NCBI GenBank assembly: GCA_965215185.1
Contig: OZ244034.1
Span: forward strand, 736,001-800,000
Direction of reading: 5' to 3'
Source of the DNA: Acidimicrobiia bacterium
GTDB lineage: Bacteria > Actinomycetota > Acidimicrobiia > Spongiisociales > ZC4RG35
DNA: 64,000 nucleotides
In this document: one piece after another, positions 32,267 to 43,036 of the stretch
Layout of the letters: the number at the start of each line of letters is the position of its first letter
Position numbering within the stretch: the first letter of the stretch is position 1
Made by a program: the position numbers and the translations under genes
Notes under the pieces: model-generated
Database searches by the model: none
What the model was told of the DNA's origin: nothing
Seen by the model: the letters and a program-made list of their open reading frames with translations, nothing else

Positions 32267-33226
32267 ATGTTGATAGTTCAACGTCCCGAAATCGAGGAAA
32301 CAGAAGTCAGCGGGGTTCGCTCGAAATTCGTGATGGAGCCGCTTGAGCCTGGATTGGGCCATACCCTAGGCAACACGATCCGTCGTGCTCTGTTGTCCCG
32401 GGTGCCGGGTGCCGCCATAACCGCCATACAGATCGAAGGCGCCGATCACGAATTCACCACCATTCCCGGAGTGGTGGAGGATGCGGTGGACATCATTCTC
32501 AACTTAAAGGCGGTTGTGATCCGTATGGAGGAAAGTGGACCGGAGCGACTGGTGCTGAGGGCCATGGGCTCCGGACCGGTTTTGGCGGGCGCTCTTGAGG
32601 CTCCCGCCGGGGTATCGGTGATTAACCCCACCACCCATATCGCCACCCTTTCCAAGAATGGCCGCTTGGAGATCGAAGCCTGGGTGCATGCGGGAGTGGG
32701 CTACCGGTCGGCCGAGGACAACAAGTCCAAGACCAGCGGTGCAGTGGGAGTAATCCCCATCGACTCCATTTTTTCGCCGGTAAGGCGGGTCTCCTATGCG
32801 GTTGAGAACACCCAGGTCGGACAGATGACCAACTACGAACGGCTCATCCTCGACATTGAAACCAATGGATCGATACGTCCCGCCCAAGCAGTGTCTTCGG
32901 TGGGCAAAACTCTCGGCGAACTGGTAGGGCTCTTTGCCGCCGCCGGCGAGGGAATGGGACTGGAGTTAGGCGACTTCACGGTCCCCGAAACCGGCAGCGA
33001 CGACTTGCACCTTCCTATCGAGGCTCTGGAACTCTCCGAACGTCCTCGCAACTGTCTGCGGCGTTCGGGGATCGCCACGGTGGGGGATCTTGTCAATTCC
33101 ACCTCCGGTCAGCTACTGGACATAACCAATTTTGGCCAGAGGAGTCTCGAAGAAGTGCAAGAGCGTCTCGACGAAATGGGTCTAAGCCTCAGTGATCAGG
33201 AAACTACCGATGCCTCGTCCCTCTAA
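32267..33226 (+). CDS. rpoA: RNA polymerase alpha subunit
   Basis: [32 protein letters not shown]. Confidence 0.97.
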   Translation: MLIVQRPEIEETEVSGVRSKFVMEPLEPGLGHTLGNTIRRALLSRVPGAAITAIQIEGADHEFTTIPGVVEDAVDIILNLKAVVIRMEESGPERLVLRAMGSGPVLAGALEAPAGVSVINPTTHIATLSKNGRLEIEAWVHAGVGYRSAEDNKSKTSGAVGVIPIDSIFSPVRRVSYAVENTQVGQMTNYERLILDIETNGSIRPAQAVSSVGKTLGELVGLFAAAGEGMGLELGDFTVPETGSDDLHLPIEALELSERPRNCLRRSGIATVGDLVNSTSGQLLDITNFGQRSLEEVQERLDEMGLSLSDQETTDASSL

Positions 33227-33560
33227 GGGTACTCGCTTGGGCGGGTCTCCTGCCCACCACCACAGATTGTTGGCCAATTTGGCCGCATCTGTGATCACCG
33301 AGGAAAAGATCACCACTACTCATACCCGGGCCCGCTTAGTCCGCCCCTTGGTGGAAAAGCTGATCACTCGCGCCCGGAAGGGTGACTTACACTCCCGCCG
33401 GATCGTGCTCAAGACCATTCAGAGCACCGACGTGGTAACCAAACTCTTCGATGAAGTCGCGCCCCGCTACAACCACCGTACGGGCGGCTATACCCGCATC
33501 GTAAAGCTGGGTCCCCGGCGAGGGGATGGAGCGGAGATGGCCGTCATCGAGTTGGTTTGA
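33210..33560 (+). CDS. rplQ: 50S ribosomal protein L17
   Basis: ITTT, GGYTRI, RRGDGA; ATG 33210. Confidence 0.97.
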   Translation: MPRPSKGTRLGGSPAHHHRLLANLAASVITEEKITTTHTRARLVRPLVEKLITRARKGDLHSRRIVLKTIQSTDVVTKLFDEVAPRYNHRTGGYTRIVKLGPRRGDGAEMAVIELV

Positions 33561-33597
33561 GGCCCGCAGCCGCGAAGTTACGCCGCAGTTCGCATTC

Positions 33598-34089
33598 ATG
33601 ATCTTGCTGCGGCGGGCGGTGGGTGCGGCCCTTCTCAGACGTAACTTTCTTTTCGACATCTCCCTGGATCAACGGGCCACCGCCGACGCGGCCCTTTTGG
33701 TGTCGGGGGTTTCGGGGGCCGTCTATCTATGGGATGTGATGTCGGGAAGGGGATTCTCTCTTCGGGAATTTGTGTCAGTGCTTATCAACTCACTGATGGT
33801 ATGGATAGTGATGGCGGGCCTTACCTCCCTGGTGGGCAAGTTGCTGAGTCAGTCAGAGACACGCATGCCGACGGTGATGCGCCTGCAGGGCTTTTGCTAT
33901 CTTCCTCTTCTTCTCGCGGCCATTCAACCTGTGGCGCTGTTGGGGCGGATATGGTTTCTGGTTGCCTTGGTGGTCGCCACCGCTGAAGCGCTTGAGACCG
34001 TTTATTGGCGGGCAGCGGTAGCGGTGGCCGCCAGTTTTGTAGGGCTGTTGCTGGTCGGCCAACTGCTCTGGGGTGGCCGGCTGATTTAG
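33598..34089 (+). CDS. Membrane protein, possibly Yip1-like
   Basis: About 5 hydrophobic segments; co-oriented between rplQ and truA. Confidence 0.6.
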   Translation: MILLRRAVGAALLRRNFLFDISLDQRATADAALLVSGVSGAVYLWDVMSGRGFSLREFVSVLINSLMVWIVMAGLTSLVGKLLSQSETRMPTVMRLQGFCYLPLLLAAIQPVALLGRIWFLVALVVATAEALETVYWRAAVAVAASFVGLLLVGQLLWGGRLI

Positions 34090-34113
34090 ATGGCGGGTTA
34101 GTGGATTCTTCGA

Positions 34114-34884
34114 ATGTTCGGTTACCGGCTCGATCTCGCTTATGAGGGGACCGACTTTCATGGTTTCGCTCGTCAACCCTCGGTGCGCACCGTTCAAGGC
34201 GAATTAGAAGCAGCGCTGGCGGTGGTACTGCGAGAGGATGCATCCACCACTTGCGCGGGACGTACCGACAAGGGAGTGCATGCTCGCCAGCAGGTGGTAA
34301 GCATGGTGCTCTCCCGACCCATTGAGGACCCGACGACGGTGATGCGCTCTCTCAATCGCCTTCTTTCTTCCGACATGGCGGTACACTGGTTTGCGCCTGC
34401 TGAGCAGGACTGGAGCGCGCGGTTTGCAGCGAGTTGGCGGGCCTATCGATATTTCCTGCGAACCGACCCCCAGGCCGATCCTTTGCGCCGCCGCATGCTG
34501 TGGCATGTGAGGCTGCCGCTTGACATTGAGGCCATGAACAAGGCGGCGGCCGTTCTGGTTGGGCGCCACGATTTTGCATCGTTTTGCCGCCAAGCGGAGG
34601 GTCGCGCGACCGTCCGGGATGTGCGGGTGGCGCATTGGAGTGAGAATGAACCGGGCCACCCGGTGTTCGATATCGTGGCGTCCTCCTTTTGCCGCCAGAT
34701 GGTGAGGTCGGTGGTGGGGTGGTGTGTGGAGGTGGGGCGAGGGCGTAGAGTAGCCTCGGAGACCCTGCAAGTGCTGGCCGCCCGCAACCGCCAGGCGGCC
34801 GGTCCGGTAGCTCCTCCCCGGGGGTTGGTCCTATGGGAGGTAGGTTACGGAGAGCCCCGGAGCCGATCAGGAGACGAATCTTGA
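34114..34884 (+). CDS. truA: tRNA pseudouridine(38-40) synthase
   Basis: YEGTDFHG, AGRTDKGVHA, GRHDF. Confidence 0.96.
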   Translation: MFGYRLDLAYEGTDFHGFARQPSVRTVQGELEAALAVVLREDASTTCAGRTDKGVHARQQVVSMVLSRPIEDPTTVMRSLNRLLSSDMAVHWFAPAEQDWSARFAASWRAYRYFLRTDPQADPLRRRMLWHVRLPLDIEAMNKAAAVLVGRHDFASFCRQAEGRATVRDVRVAHWSENEPGHPVFDIVASSFCRQMVRSVVGWCVEVGRGRRVASETLQVLAARNRQAAGPVAPPRGLVLWEVGYGEPRSRSGDES

Positions 34885-35558
34885 CATTGAAAGCTGTGCT
34901 ATTTGATGCGGGAGGCACGTTGGTGCTCCAACACCCCGCCCTGATGGGCAGGGTGTTGGGGGTGGAATTGGGGCAGGACTCCTGTTTCGAGGCGCACTAT
35001 CTGGCGATGGACGCCTATTCGCGGCTCCGATCAGGTGGAAACCATGATCATGGATGGGAATGGTGGCTGGAGCACTATTTCACCACCCTGGGGGTTCCAT
35101 CGCCGTCACAGGCCGGTCCGAAGATCGACTACGGACACGGTATGTGGACCCTTCCTCTGCCCGGAGTGAAGGAGGGTGTTTCCCGTCTTCTCGATCAGGG
35201 GACACGCTGTGCGGTCATCTCCAATTCAGACGGCTCAATTCGCGCATCATTGGATGATGCCGGGCTTTCCCACCTGTTTGAATTCGTGATCGATTCCGCG
35301 GAGGTGGGTTTCGCAAAGCCCCAGCCGCAGATCTTTGCCATGGCGTTGGAGAAGTTGGGAGGCGTTTGCCCTCAACAGGTGGCCTATGTGGGCGACTCTT
35401 TGTTTCACGATGTGAAAGGCGCTCATCGGGCAGGGTATGGCCAGGCGTGGTTGGTGGACCCACTGGGTTTGTATCCTGATCAAACTCGGCGTGTGTCTTC
35501 CGTGGCGGAAATACCTGAAGCGCTGAACAGCCTTCCTTCCACCCGTGGTCGGTTTTGA
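34881..35558 (+). CDS. HAD family hydrolase
   Basis: FDAGGTL, VISN, KP, YVGDS..HD; TTG 34881. Confidence 0.88.
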   Translation: MTLKAVLFDAGGTLVLQHPALMGRVLGVELGQDSCFEAHYLAMDAYSRLRSGGNHDHGWEWWLEHYFTTLGVPSPSQAGPKIDYGHGMWTLPLPGVKEGVSRLLDQGTRCAVISNSDGSIRASLDDAGLSHLFEFVIDSAEVGFAKPQPQIFAMALEKLGGVCPQQVAYVGDSLFHDVKGAHRAGYGQAWLVDPLGLYPDQTRRVSSVAEIPEALNSLPSTRGRF

Positions 35559-35643
35559 TGCCACGGCAGGTTGCTATCATTAACAGGTCGGGTTGGGCAT
35601 CCGCTCGGCTCGCTTCTATTCTTATCTAAATGGAGTCTTTGGC

Positions 35644-36123
35644 TTGACTGCGCGAACTAAACCCGTAATCTCCAGAACCTTTTCTCCCTCGGCCCAGCAG
35701 GCCAGGCCGGACTGGTGGGTGGTGGATGCCGCTGATCTTCCCTTGGGGAGGTTGGCGTCGGAGGTAGCGCAAATCATCCGCGGAAAACACAAGCCCACCT
35801 TCGCTCCCCATGTAGATGGAGGCGATTTTGTGGTAGTTGTCAACGCTGACCGGGTTGGGCTTACTTCCTCAAAGAGCGAACGCAAGGTTTACTATCATCA
35901 CTCGGGCTTCCCGGGGGGAATCAAGAGCGAGACTTTTGAGTCACTCATAGAGCGGAAACCCGAGGCAGTGATCGAACGGGCCGTGCGAGGGATGCTCCCC
36001 AAGAACCGATTAGGCAGGAAGATGTTCAGAAAACTCAAGGTATACGCCGGACCCTCCCATCCTCATGCTTCCCAGAAGCCCGTTGAGTTGAAGTTCAATA
36101 TCCGCCATGTGGAAAGCCGATGA
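35644..36123 (+). CDS. rplM: 50S ribosomal protein L13 (start approximate)
   Basis: [22 protein letters not shown]. Confidence 0.95.
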   Translation: MTARTKPVISRTFSPSAQQARPDWWVVDAADLPLGRLASEVAQIIRGKHKPTFAPHVDGGDFVVVVNADRVGLTSSKSERKVYYHHSGFPGGIKSETFESLIERKPEAVIERAVRGMLPKNRLGRKMFRKLKVYAGPSHPHASQKPVELKFNIRHVESR

Positions 36124-36512
36124 GCGTTCCACTGGTGCAGTCCACCGGACGGCGCAAGCGGTCGGTGGCGCGAGTGAGGCTCTATGAGGGCAGCGGACAG
36201 ATAACTTTAAACGACCGGACCATTGAGGACTATTTTCCCACCATCGCTCGCCGGATCCGGGTACTGGAGCCTTTGGAGGTCACCAGTACCAGAGGCCGAT
36301 ATGATGTAAAAGCCACCCTGCATGGGGGAGGCGTCACGGGTCAGACCGATGCGCTGCGATTGGGAATCGCCCGGGCGCTGGCCGAGATGGAGCCCGGACT
36401 GCGGCTGACGCTCAAGAGGAACGGGATGCTGCGTCGGGACGCCCGGGTGGTGGAGAGCAAGAAGTACGGCCTCAGAAAAGCCCGCCGCGCTCCGCAGTAC
36501 ACCAAGCGCTAG
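36120..36512 (+). CDS. rpsI: 30S ribosomal protein S9
   Basis: TGRRK, GGGVTGQ, APQYTKR. Confidence 0.97.
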   Translation: MSVPLVQSTGRRKRSVARVRLYEGSGQITLNDRTIEDYFPTIARRIRVLEPLEVTSTRGRYDVKATLHGGGVTGQTDALRLGIARALAEMEPGLRLTLKRNGMLRRDARVVESKKYGLRKARRAPQYTKR

Positions 36513-36543
36513 ACCTTCTTCTGCTGCGAGACCCCAGGGTCAA

Positions 36544-37896
36544 ATGTCGGGGAAAGCAGAAAGCCTGTTCGGTACCGATGGGATAAGGGGAATATTCGGT
36601 AAAGACTTGACGTCTGGATTGGCGTTTGGAGTTGGAAGAGCCGCCGGCCAGGTTGCGGGGGGAGGCAAAGTGCTGGTGGGAATGGATACTCGACCTTCGG
36701 GGCCTGAGCTTTCCTACGCCGTCCGCACCGGTCTGGAGACGGTGGGTCTGGAGCCCGTCGACTTGGGCGTGATGCCGGCAGGAGGGATTAGCTATCTGAC
36801 CGTTGAGGCCAAAGCGGTGATGGGGGTGGTGATATCCGCATCCCACAATCCGGCCCCCTATAACGGAATAAAGCTGCTGGGTCCCGACGGGGCGAAGCTC
36901 TCCGACCAAAGAGAGGCGGAGATCTCCGCTCGCGTCCGAACAGTCGATTGTCAGTGGTCTTCTCCACTCGAAAAGATCCCGGTCGGATCAGATTGGCCGG
37001 AAGGACTCGATGTTTACACCGATTGGCTGGCTGGAACGGTGACTACCGACCTGTCGGGACTTTCAGTGATGGTTGACTGTGCCAACGGAGCTGCCTTCCG
37101 CGCCGCGCCGCAAGTGCTCCGGTCGTTGGGGGTTGACACTGAAAGCACCGCCGACAGTCCGGATGGGTCGGCCATTAACCACCGGTGCGGAGCTACTCAT
37201 CCCCAGTGGGTGGCGTCGCAAGCCGGGGGGCACATAGGGCTTGCCCTGGACGGGGACGCCGATCGTCTGATCGCCGTGGATGAGAACGCAGTGGTGGTGG
37301 ATGGTGACTTTTTGATGGCGATCCTGGCCCGCTATCTCCACCGGCAAGAGCGGTTGGCGCCTCCACTGGTGGTGGCCACTGTCATGTCCAACCTGGGATT
37401 CAGGATGGCCATGTCTTCTCAGGGGATCGAGACGGCCCTGACCAGCGTGGGGGATCGATATGTACGGGAAGAGATGATTCACCGGGGAGCAATGTTGGGG
37501 GGTGAGCAGTCTGGACACATCATTTTCGGGAACTTGGCGGTTACCGGGGACGGGTTGCTAACCGCGCTGCAACTGTTGGAAGTGATCTCGGCCACCGGCA
37601 AGACGCTGGCCGAATTGCGGGCGGAGGCCATGCGGCGATACCCCCAGGTGTTGGTGAATGTGGAGGTGGCCAACCCGGCCGAGGTGGAAAGGTTTCCCGA
37701 GGTCTGGGAGGAGGTTTCCAGAGTGGAGCAGGAAATGGGTGAAGCGGGACGGGTCTTGGTGCGACCTTCGGGGACTGAGCCTTTAGTGCGGGTGATGGTG
37801 GAATGTCTTGAGTCGGAACTGGCGGAGCGGTATGCTCAGGAATTGGCGGAGGTGATCGCCTCGGCCATGAATCGTTCGACCAGAGAAAGGGGATAA
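36544..37896 (+). CDS. glmM: Phosphoglucosamine mutase
   Basis: FGTDGIRG, SASHNP, DGDADR, GGEQSGH, RPSGTEP. Confidence 0.96.
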   Translation: MSGKAESLFGTDGIRGIFGKDLTSGLAFGVGRAAGQVAGGGKVLVGMDTRPSGPELSYAVRTGLETVGLEPVDLGVMPAGGISYLTVEAKAVMGVVISASHNPAPYNGIKLLGPDGAKLSDQREAEISARVRTVDCQWSSPLEKIPVGSDWPEGLDVYTDWLAGTVTTDLSGLSVMVDCANGAAFRAAPQVLRSLGVDTESTADSPDGSAINHRCGATHPQWVASQAGGHIGLALDGDADRLIAVDENAVVVDGDFLMAILARYLHRQERLAPPLVVATVMSNLGFRMAMSSQGIETALTSVGDRYVREEMIHRGAMLGGEQSGHIIFGNLAVTGDGLLTALQLLEVISATGKTLAELRAEAMRRYPQVLVNVEVANPAEVERFPEVWEEVSRVEQEMGEAGRVLVRPSGTEPLVRVMVECLESELAERYAQELAEVIASAMNRSTRERG

Positions 37897-37939
37897 TCCC
37901 CGGCCCGCGACGCGGCGCCAAGCGAAGTGATAGAAGCAG

Positions 37940-38095
37940 ACACCAAGCGCCCGACCTTTTGGACCTCCCCATGGGTAGTCCCAGAGGTGACGAGGAGAAA
38001 GGCGATCGAACCTTCGGCGGATGCCTTTCCGGCCAACACAGTCGTAACGATCGGAGCAAAACCCGCTGGCGACGGCGGGGACAAACGCCGTTCGA
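37940..38095 (+). ncRNA. glmS ribozyme (GlcN6P-activated self-cleaving riboswitch)
   Basis: AGCGCCCGACCT-[P1]-AGGTGACGAGG...ATCGA...TCGGCGGATGCC..CCGG..CAGTCG..AAAAC-hairpin-ACAAA follows the glmS consensus order; directly upstream of glmS. Confidence 0.9.
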
Positions 38096-38148
38096 TGTGG
38101 GTGCTTCGCATGTGGTCGCGTCCGTAATGGACCAGGAGGTAAGCGAAC

Positions 38149-39984
38149 ATGTGTGGCATTGTTGGTTATGTAGGATCCCGTCCTGCCCAAGAGTTGCTTT
38201 TGGGAGGCTTGGCCCGCCTTGAGTATCGCGGTTACGACTCGGCGGGGTTGGTGATCGGAGAAAACGGCATCCTCAAGAGTGTGCGCCAAGTGGGGAAGAT
38301 CGCCGACCTGGCGGCGGCGGTAGCGCAAGGGACAGAACCGGTTCCTGGTAACTACGGGGTGGGACACACCCGTTGGGCTACTCATGGCGCTCCCACCGCA
38401 CCAAACGCCCATCCCCACTTCGACTGCGCGGGGGAGGTGGCGATCGTCCACAACGGAATCATCGAAAACTGGGTCGAATTAAAGGGATGGCTGGAGGGTC
38501 GGGGGCACGGCTTCGCTTCCGAAACCGACACGGAAGTTGCGGCGCACCTCATTGAAGAGTTGTCATCGCTTCCGTTGGCCGAGGCAGTGGCGGAGGTATT
38601 GCGACGCTGTGAGGGGGCGTTGGCTTTGGCCGTCATCCGCCGGTCCGATCCGGGCTTGGTGGTGGGAGGCCGCAAGGGGAGTCCCCTGGTGGTGGGACGG
38701 GGGTCGGGGGAGAACTTCCTGGCGTCGGATATTCCTGCCTTTATGGAACACACTCGGCGGATGATGGTGGTTCCCGAGGAAAGGGTGGTGGAGATACGCT
38801 CCGAATCGGTGCGCATCTGCGACCTGTTCGGCAATGAGCATGAACCAGAGGAGCGCGAAGTGGAGTGGGATGTGGAAGGCGCCGAGAAGGGCGGCTACCC
38901 CTCCTTCATGCTCAAGGAGATACATGAGCAGCCGCGGGCAGTGGCGGAGACTCTCCTGGGCCGCATCAGCCCCACCGGGGAGCCCCTGCTGGAGGAGACG
39001 GGGTTGACCCCTGAAATCGCCAGGGATGTGGATAAGGTGTTCGTGGTGGCCTGCGGGACCTCCTATCACGCCGGGATGATGGCCAAATACGCGTTAGAAC
39101 GATGGGCCAAGATCCCGGTGGAGGTGGATCTGTCCTCGGAGTTCCGTTATCGTGATCCGGTGCTCAACTCCCGTTCGCTGGTGATCGGGATCAGCCAATC
39201 CGGCGAGACCGCCGACACTTTGGGGGCTGTCCGGTATGCGATCGGCCAGGGGGCGAAGGTTGCGGCGGTTACCAACGTGGTGGGATCGTCCCTGGCAAGG
39301 GAGGCGCACATGCTGCTGCAGACCCGGGCCGGACCCGAGATAGGAGTGGCTGCTTCGAAGACTTTCATCACACAGGTAGCGCTTCTCCAATTGTTGGGAC
39401 TGCACATGGCCATTGAGAGAGGCGTGATGACCCCGGACGAGGCGACCGGACCGGCGCACGCGCTGCGTAGCCTGCCGGATCGCCTGGAAGAGGTGTTGGA
39501 CCTCTCCGAAAAGATGAAGGAACTGGCCGAAGGTTGGTTGGGGGTAAGGGACTTCTTCTTCCTGGGAAGATCGGTCGACTACCCGGCGGCCTTGGAGGGC
39601 GCCCTCAAACTCAAAGAACTGGCTTATGTGCGAGCGGAGGGATACGCGGCGGGAGAGATGAAGCATGGTCCGATCGCCTTGATCGAGCCCGGAGTAATAG
39701 TAATCGGGGTGGCGACCGACCGGCGCCTGCGTTCCAAGATGTTCTCCAACCTCTCGGAGATGAAGGCGCGGGGAGGAACTGTCATGACCTTGGTGGGTGC
39801 CGAGGATCAGGCGGAGGCGGCGATCACCTCCGATCTGGTCATCCCTCTTCCCGAGGCCGCCGATCTGATTGGCGCGGTGTTGGCGGTGGTTCCTCTCCAA
39901 CTCTTCTCCTATCACCTCGCCACCCTGAAGGGACTCAACGTCGACCAACCCCGCAACCTCGCCAAAACCGTGACCGTAGAGTAA
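38149..39984 (+). CDS. glmS: Glutamine-fructose-6-phosphate aminotransferase
   Basis: MCGIVG, HTRWATHG, SQSGETAD, PRNLAKTVTVE. Confidence 0.98.
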   Translation: MCGIVGYVGSRPAQELLLGGLARLEYRGYDSAGLVIGENGILKSVRQVGKIADLAAAVAQGTEPVPGNYGVGHTRWATHGAPTAPNAHPHFDCAGEVAIVHNGIIENWVELKGWLEGRGHGFASETDTEVAAHLIEELSSLPLAEAVAEVLRRCEGALALAVIRRSDPGLVVGGRKGSPLVVGRGSGENFLASDIPAFMEHTRRMMVVPEERVVEIRSESVRICDLFGNEHEPEEREVEWDVEGAEKGGYPSFMLKEIHEQPRAVAETLLGRISPTGEPLLEETGLTPEIARDVDKVFVVACGTSYHAGMMAKYALERWAKIPVEVDLSSEFRYRDPVLNSRSLVIGISQSGETADTLGAVRYAIGQGAKVAAVTNVVGSSLAREAHMLLQTRAGPEIGVAASKTFITQVALLQLLGLHMAIERGVMTPDEATGPAHALRSLPDRLEEVLDLSEKMKELAEGWLGVRDFFFLGRSVDYPAALEGALKLKELAYVRAEGYAAGEMKHGPIALIEPGVIVIGVATDRRLRSKMFSNLSEMKARGGTVMTLVGAEDQAEAAITSDLVIPLPEAADLIGAVLAVVPLQLFSYHLATLKGLNVDQPRNLAKTVTVE

Positions 39985-40261
39985 ACGGAGGCACCGGCCA
40001 CGGCCCGATGTCTCTGACAATATAGGAGAGAATCTGACACGGGTATAGAGGCGTTGTGTTTGTGCTGACCTTCGGGAGCAGAGTGATGCTTTGCTCTGGG
40101 CGAGAGCGCTGTCCGACACTCTGCCCGTCTGCACATTAGATAAGAGTTCTCCCGAAGAGGGTGTTGTGATATCAGGACCCGCGGGGAGGCAAATGCGCCC
40201 GTAGGCATGGATAACCCAGGTCACTCATCTGCCGGGGGACCGTGGGTGCTTCGGCCGGGCG

Positions 40262-41104
40262 TTATGAGACCGTGATCTCCAGACGGCAGTGGTCACTGGG
40301 GCCCCATTGCTCCGATTCATTGATGGCATACACGCTTACCGAATCGGCCAGTCCTCGAGAGGCGAAGACGAAGTCCAACTGGCGCGTTGCGGCAGACGGG
40401 GTGCTTCCGGCCCGGAAGTAGGTGGGGACGTTCCTGCTTTCGCGGGGCACCTCACTCGGCCATGGGTCTGCCTGCCGCCCTTGCGGTGCCTGGGGACCTA
40501 CAAATACCAGCCCCAACGCCTCCATCCGCGCGAACACCGTTCCGTAACGGGAGGCCCAGTAAATGCTGCCGTGCTCTCCATGTCCGTGGAGGATGTTAAG
40601 GTCCCCGGCAGCCAGGATGCGGTGACCAACCTGTTTTCCGATTAATGCCGACAGGTCGGAGACGAGGCGGTGGGCCGAGGCGTCTGAGACAATCCAGCCG
40701 CTGCCGGTAGAAGCGTGGGGCTTCGTCCAGAGCGAGTACATCGAAACGACCACAAACGGCTCAATGTCGGGCGGCATTACGACCGCGGCGGCGAGTGTGC
40801 CAGGACGGCTGACCCCGAACTCCCTTGAGGCCGCATGCTTGAGGCACTTCGTCTCGATCCACTCCACCTCGACGAGATCCGAGAGCTTGGCGACCGCCGT
40901 CCTCCATGGCCGCCCGGCATCCGCCCCTGGGGTAAGCCAAGGTCCGGGATTGACGGCGATTTGCCCGGCAACGTCTGGCGGTGGTGCGCTGGCCTCCTGC
41001 AATAGGGCGATATCAGCACCCATTCCGGTCAGCACTCGCCAAGGCTCAATCGAACGGGCGATGTTCCAGGAGACGATCTTTACGGACAAACTGATAACCC
41101 CCAC
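40262..41104 (-). CDS. Endonuclease/exonuclease/phosphatase (EEP) family protein
   Basis: SWNI, LLQE, GDLN, LDFVF, SDH motifs. Confidence 0.85.
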   Translation of the reverse strand: MGVISLSVKIVSWNIARSIEPWRVLTGMGADIALLQEASAPPPDVAGQIAVNPGPWLTPGADAGRPWRTAVAKLSDLVEVEWIETKCLKHAASREFGVSRPGTLAAAVVMPPDIEPFVVVSMYSLWTKPHASTGSGWIVSDASAHRLVSDLSALIGKQVGHRILAAGDLNILHGHGEHGSIYWASRYGTVFARMEALGLVFVGPQAPQGRQADPWPSEVPRESRNVPTYFRAGSTPSAATRQLDFVFASRGLADSVSVYAINESEQWGPSDHCRLEITVS

Positions 41105-41191
41105 TTTCGGGGTCTGTCGGCTCTAATGCATTCAAAGCTAGTGGCAATACACACGACACTGTTAAGAGTGCCATCCGGTAGCATCGGGCTG

Positions 41192-41566
41192 GTGAGAATC
41201 ATTGGCATGGGCGTGGATTTGACGCCTGTTGAGCGGGTGAGGTTGGTTCTGGAGCGGTACCCGCGGTTTCGGGAACGCTGTTTCACTGCTCACGAGCGTG
41301 AGTACGCTGACCGTTTCGCTAAACCCGAGCGTCGGTTCGCGGCTCGGTTCGCCGGAAAAGAAGCTGTGATGAAGTCGCTGGGAACCGGCTGGAGACGCCT
41401 GCGTTGGACCGACATCGAGATCACCGGTGGGGGTAAGCCGCAGGTGAACCTGTCAGGAACCGCCCTGCGCCACGCCGACCGGCTGGGAGTTACCGAGGTG
41501 CAGGTAACCATCACCCACACCGCGGACACCGCGCTGGTTATGGCCTTGGCTCTGGGAGAGCATTGA
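41192..41566 (+). CDS. acpS: Holo-ACP synthase (possibly leaderless, TAGCAT 7 nt before GTG)
   Basis: GMGVD, AARFAGKEAVMKSLG, GKP, ITH. Confidence 0.93.
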   Translation: MRIIGMGVDLTPVERVRLVLERYPRFRERCFTAHEREYADRFAKPERRFAARFAGKEAVMKSLGTGWRRLRWTDIEITGGGKPQVNLSGTALRHADRLGVTEVQVTITHTADTALVMALALGEH

Positions 41567-41608
41567 TGACCCCGGCGCCGGTGCACGCTCACTTCTAGGA
41601 AAGGGAAG

Positions 41609-43036
41609 ATGAAACCGGTTATCTCTCCGGAGGAGGCGTTGCGCTTGGACCGGATCAGCCCAGAACCGGTGGAGATCCTGATGGAGAGGGCAGGTTGGGC
41701 GGTGGAGATAGCCGCGGCTCGGATGGGAGCGGGATACGGGAGCCGGGTAGCGGTGCTGGTTGGGCCCGGTAACAACGGTGGAGATGGCTATGTGGCGGCG
41801 GGACTGCTGCGCCGACGAGGTGCGGCAGTGGTTGTCCACCAACTGAGGGAGCCCAAGACGGCGACGGCAGGCTGGGCGAAGCGACGGGCGGTAGCTGCCG
41901 GTGTGAAGATCAAGGGTTTGGGTGCGCCGTCTGCGAAAATTGATTTGGTGGTGGATGCGGTGTTCGGAGGAGGGTACCGAGGCCAATGCCCACCCGCCTT
42001 GGCGGCCTGGATGGACCACCCCGCGCCGGTCCTGGCAGTGGACTTACCGTCCGGTCTGGATCCCGGCACCGGCCAGGTTGCCGGTCGAGCCTTTACTGCT
42101 CAACGAACCATCACCTTTCACGCCCTGAAGAGCGGCCACTTGCTGGGTGAGGGTCCTGATCGGTGCGGCATGGTGGAGGTGGTCGACATCGGCCTTCGGG
42201 GGGAGAATCCCACCATGTTGTTGGCCGAGGCTCAGGATTGCCCCCGACCGGGCCGAAGCCGAACCGCTCACAAGTGGTCAGCGGGAGCGGTGATAGTGGT
42301 GGGCGGATCCCGGGGAATGACCGGAGCGCCGCTGCTGGCCGCCCGTTCGGCTCTTCACGCTGGAGCTGGGTCGGTGGGGCTGATGGTTCCCCGTGGATGC
42401 CAGGCAACAGTGGCGGGCGCCGCTCCCGAGCTGCTGACCTTCGGACCAGGGAGGGGAGAGCATTTCGAGGCTGTGCAGGTGGACGCTTGCCTGAACAAGG
42501 CTGCACCGTTCGATGTGATGGTGATCGGTCCTGGAATCGGGAGGGCGGCGCAGACTCGTAACTGGGCCCGCCGAATGATCGAACAATGGGATGGACCGCT
42601 GGTGGTTGACGCCGATGCGTTGTGGGCCTCTGATCCGGCCCTCTTAGCGGAGCGGAAAGGGCCCACCGTGATCACTCCCCATCGAGGCGAATTGGCCTCC
42701 TTGACTTGCGCCGCCCCGGGTTTGGCCGAGGTCAAAGGCTTGGCGCTGGGGGGGATGGTGGTGTTGGCCAAGGGCAACCCGACCCTGGTGTGTGATCCGT
42801 CGGAGACCTGGGTGGTGAGAGAAGGCGGCCCCGAACTCGCAACCATCGGCACGGGTGATGTCTTGGCAGGATGGGTGGCGGCGCTATGGGCCCGCGGGCT
42901 GTCCCCGGCATCGGCTGCCCGTTCCGCGGCTTTCTGGCATGGTCGGGCAGGATCCGCATTGGCCTCGCGGCGCACCGTGACCGCCGACGCGCTGGGGGAA
43001 GAAGTAGGCCGCTGGGCCTGGGAGGGGGCCCGGTGA
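41609..43036 (+). CDS. nnr: Bifunctional NAD(P)H-hydrate epimerase/dehydratase
   Basis: GPGNNGGDG, DLPSG, TPH, GTGDVL. Confidence 0.93.
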   Translation: MKPVISPEEALRLDRISPEPVEILMERAGWAVEIAAARMGAGYGSRVAVLVGPGNNGGDGYVAAGLLRRRGAAVVVHQLREPKTATAGWAKRRAVAAGVKIKGLGAPSAKIDLVVDAVFGGGYRGQCPPALAAWMDHPAPVLAVDLPSGLDPGTGQVAGRAFTAQRTITFHALKSGHLLGEGPDRCGMVEVVDIGLRGENPTMLLAEAQDCPRPGRSRTAHKWSAGAVIVVGGSRGMTGAPLLAARSALHAGAGSVGLMVPRGCQATVAGAAPELLTFGPGRGEHFEAVQVDACLNKAAPFDVMVIGPGIGRAAQTRNWARRMIEQWDGPLVVDADALWASDPALLAERKGPTVITPHRGELASLTCAAPGLAEVKGLALGGMVVLAKGNPTLVCDPSETWVVREGGPELATIGTGDVLAGWVAALWARGLSPASAARSAAFWHGRAGSALASRRTVTADALGEEVGRWAWEGAR

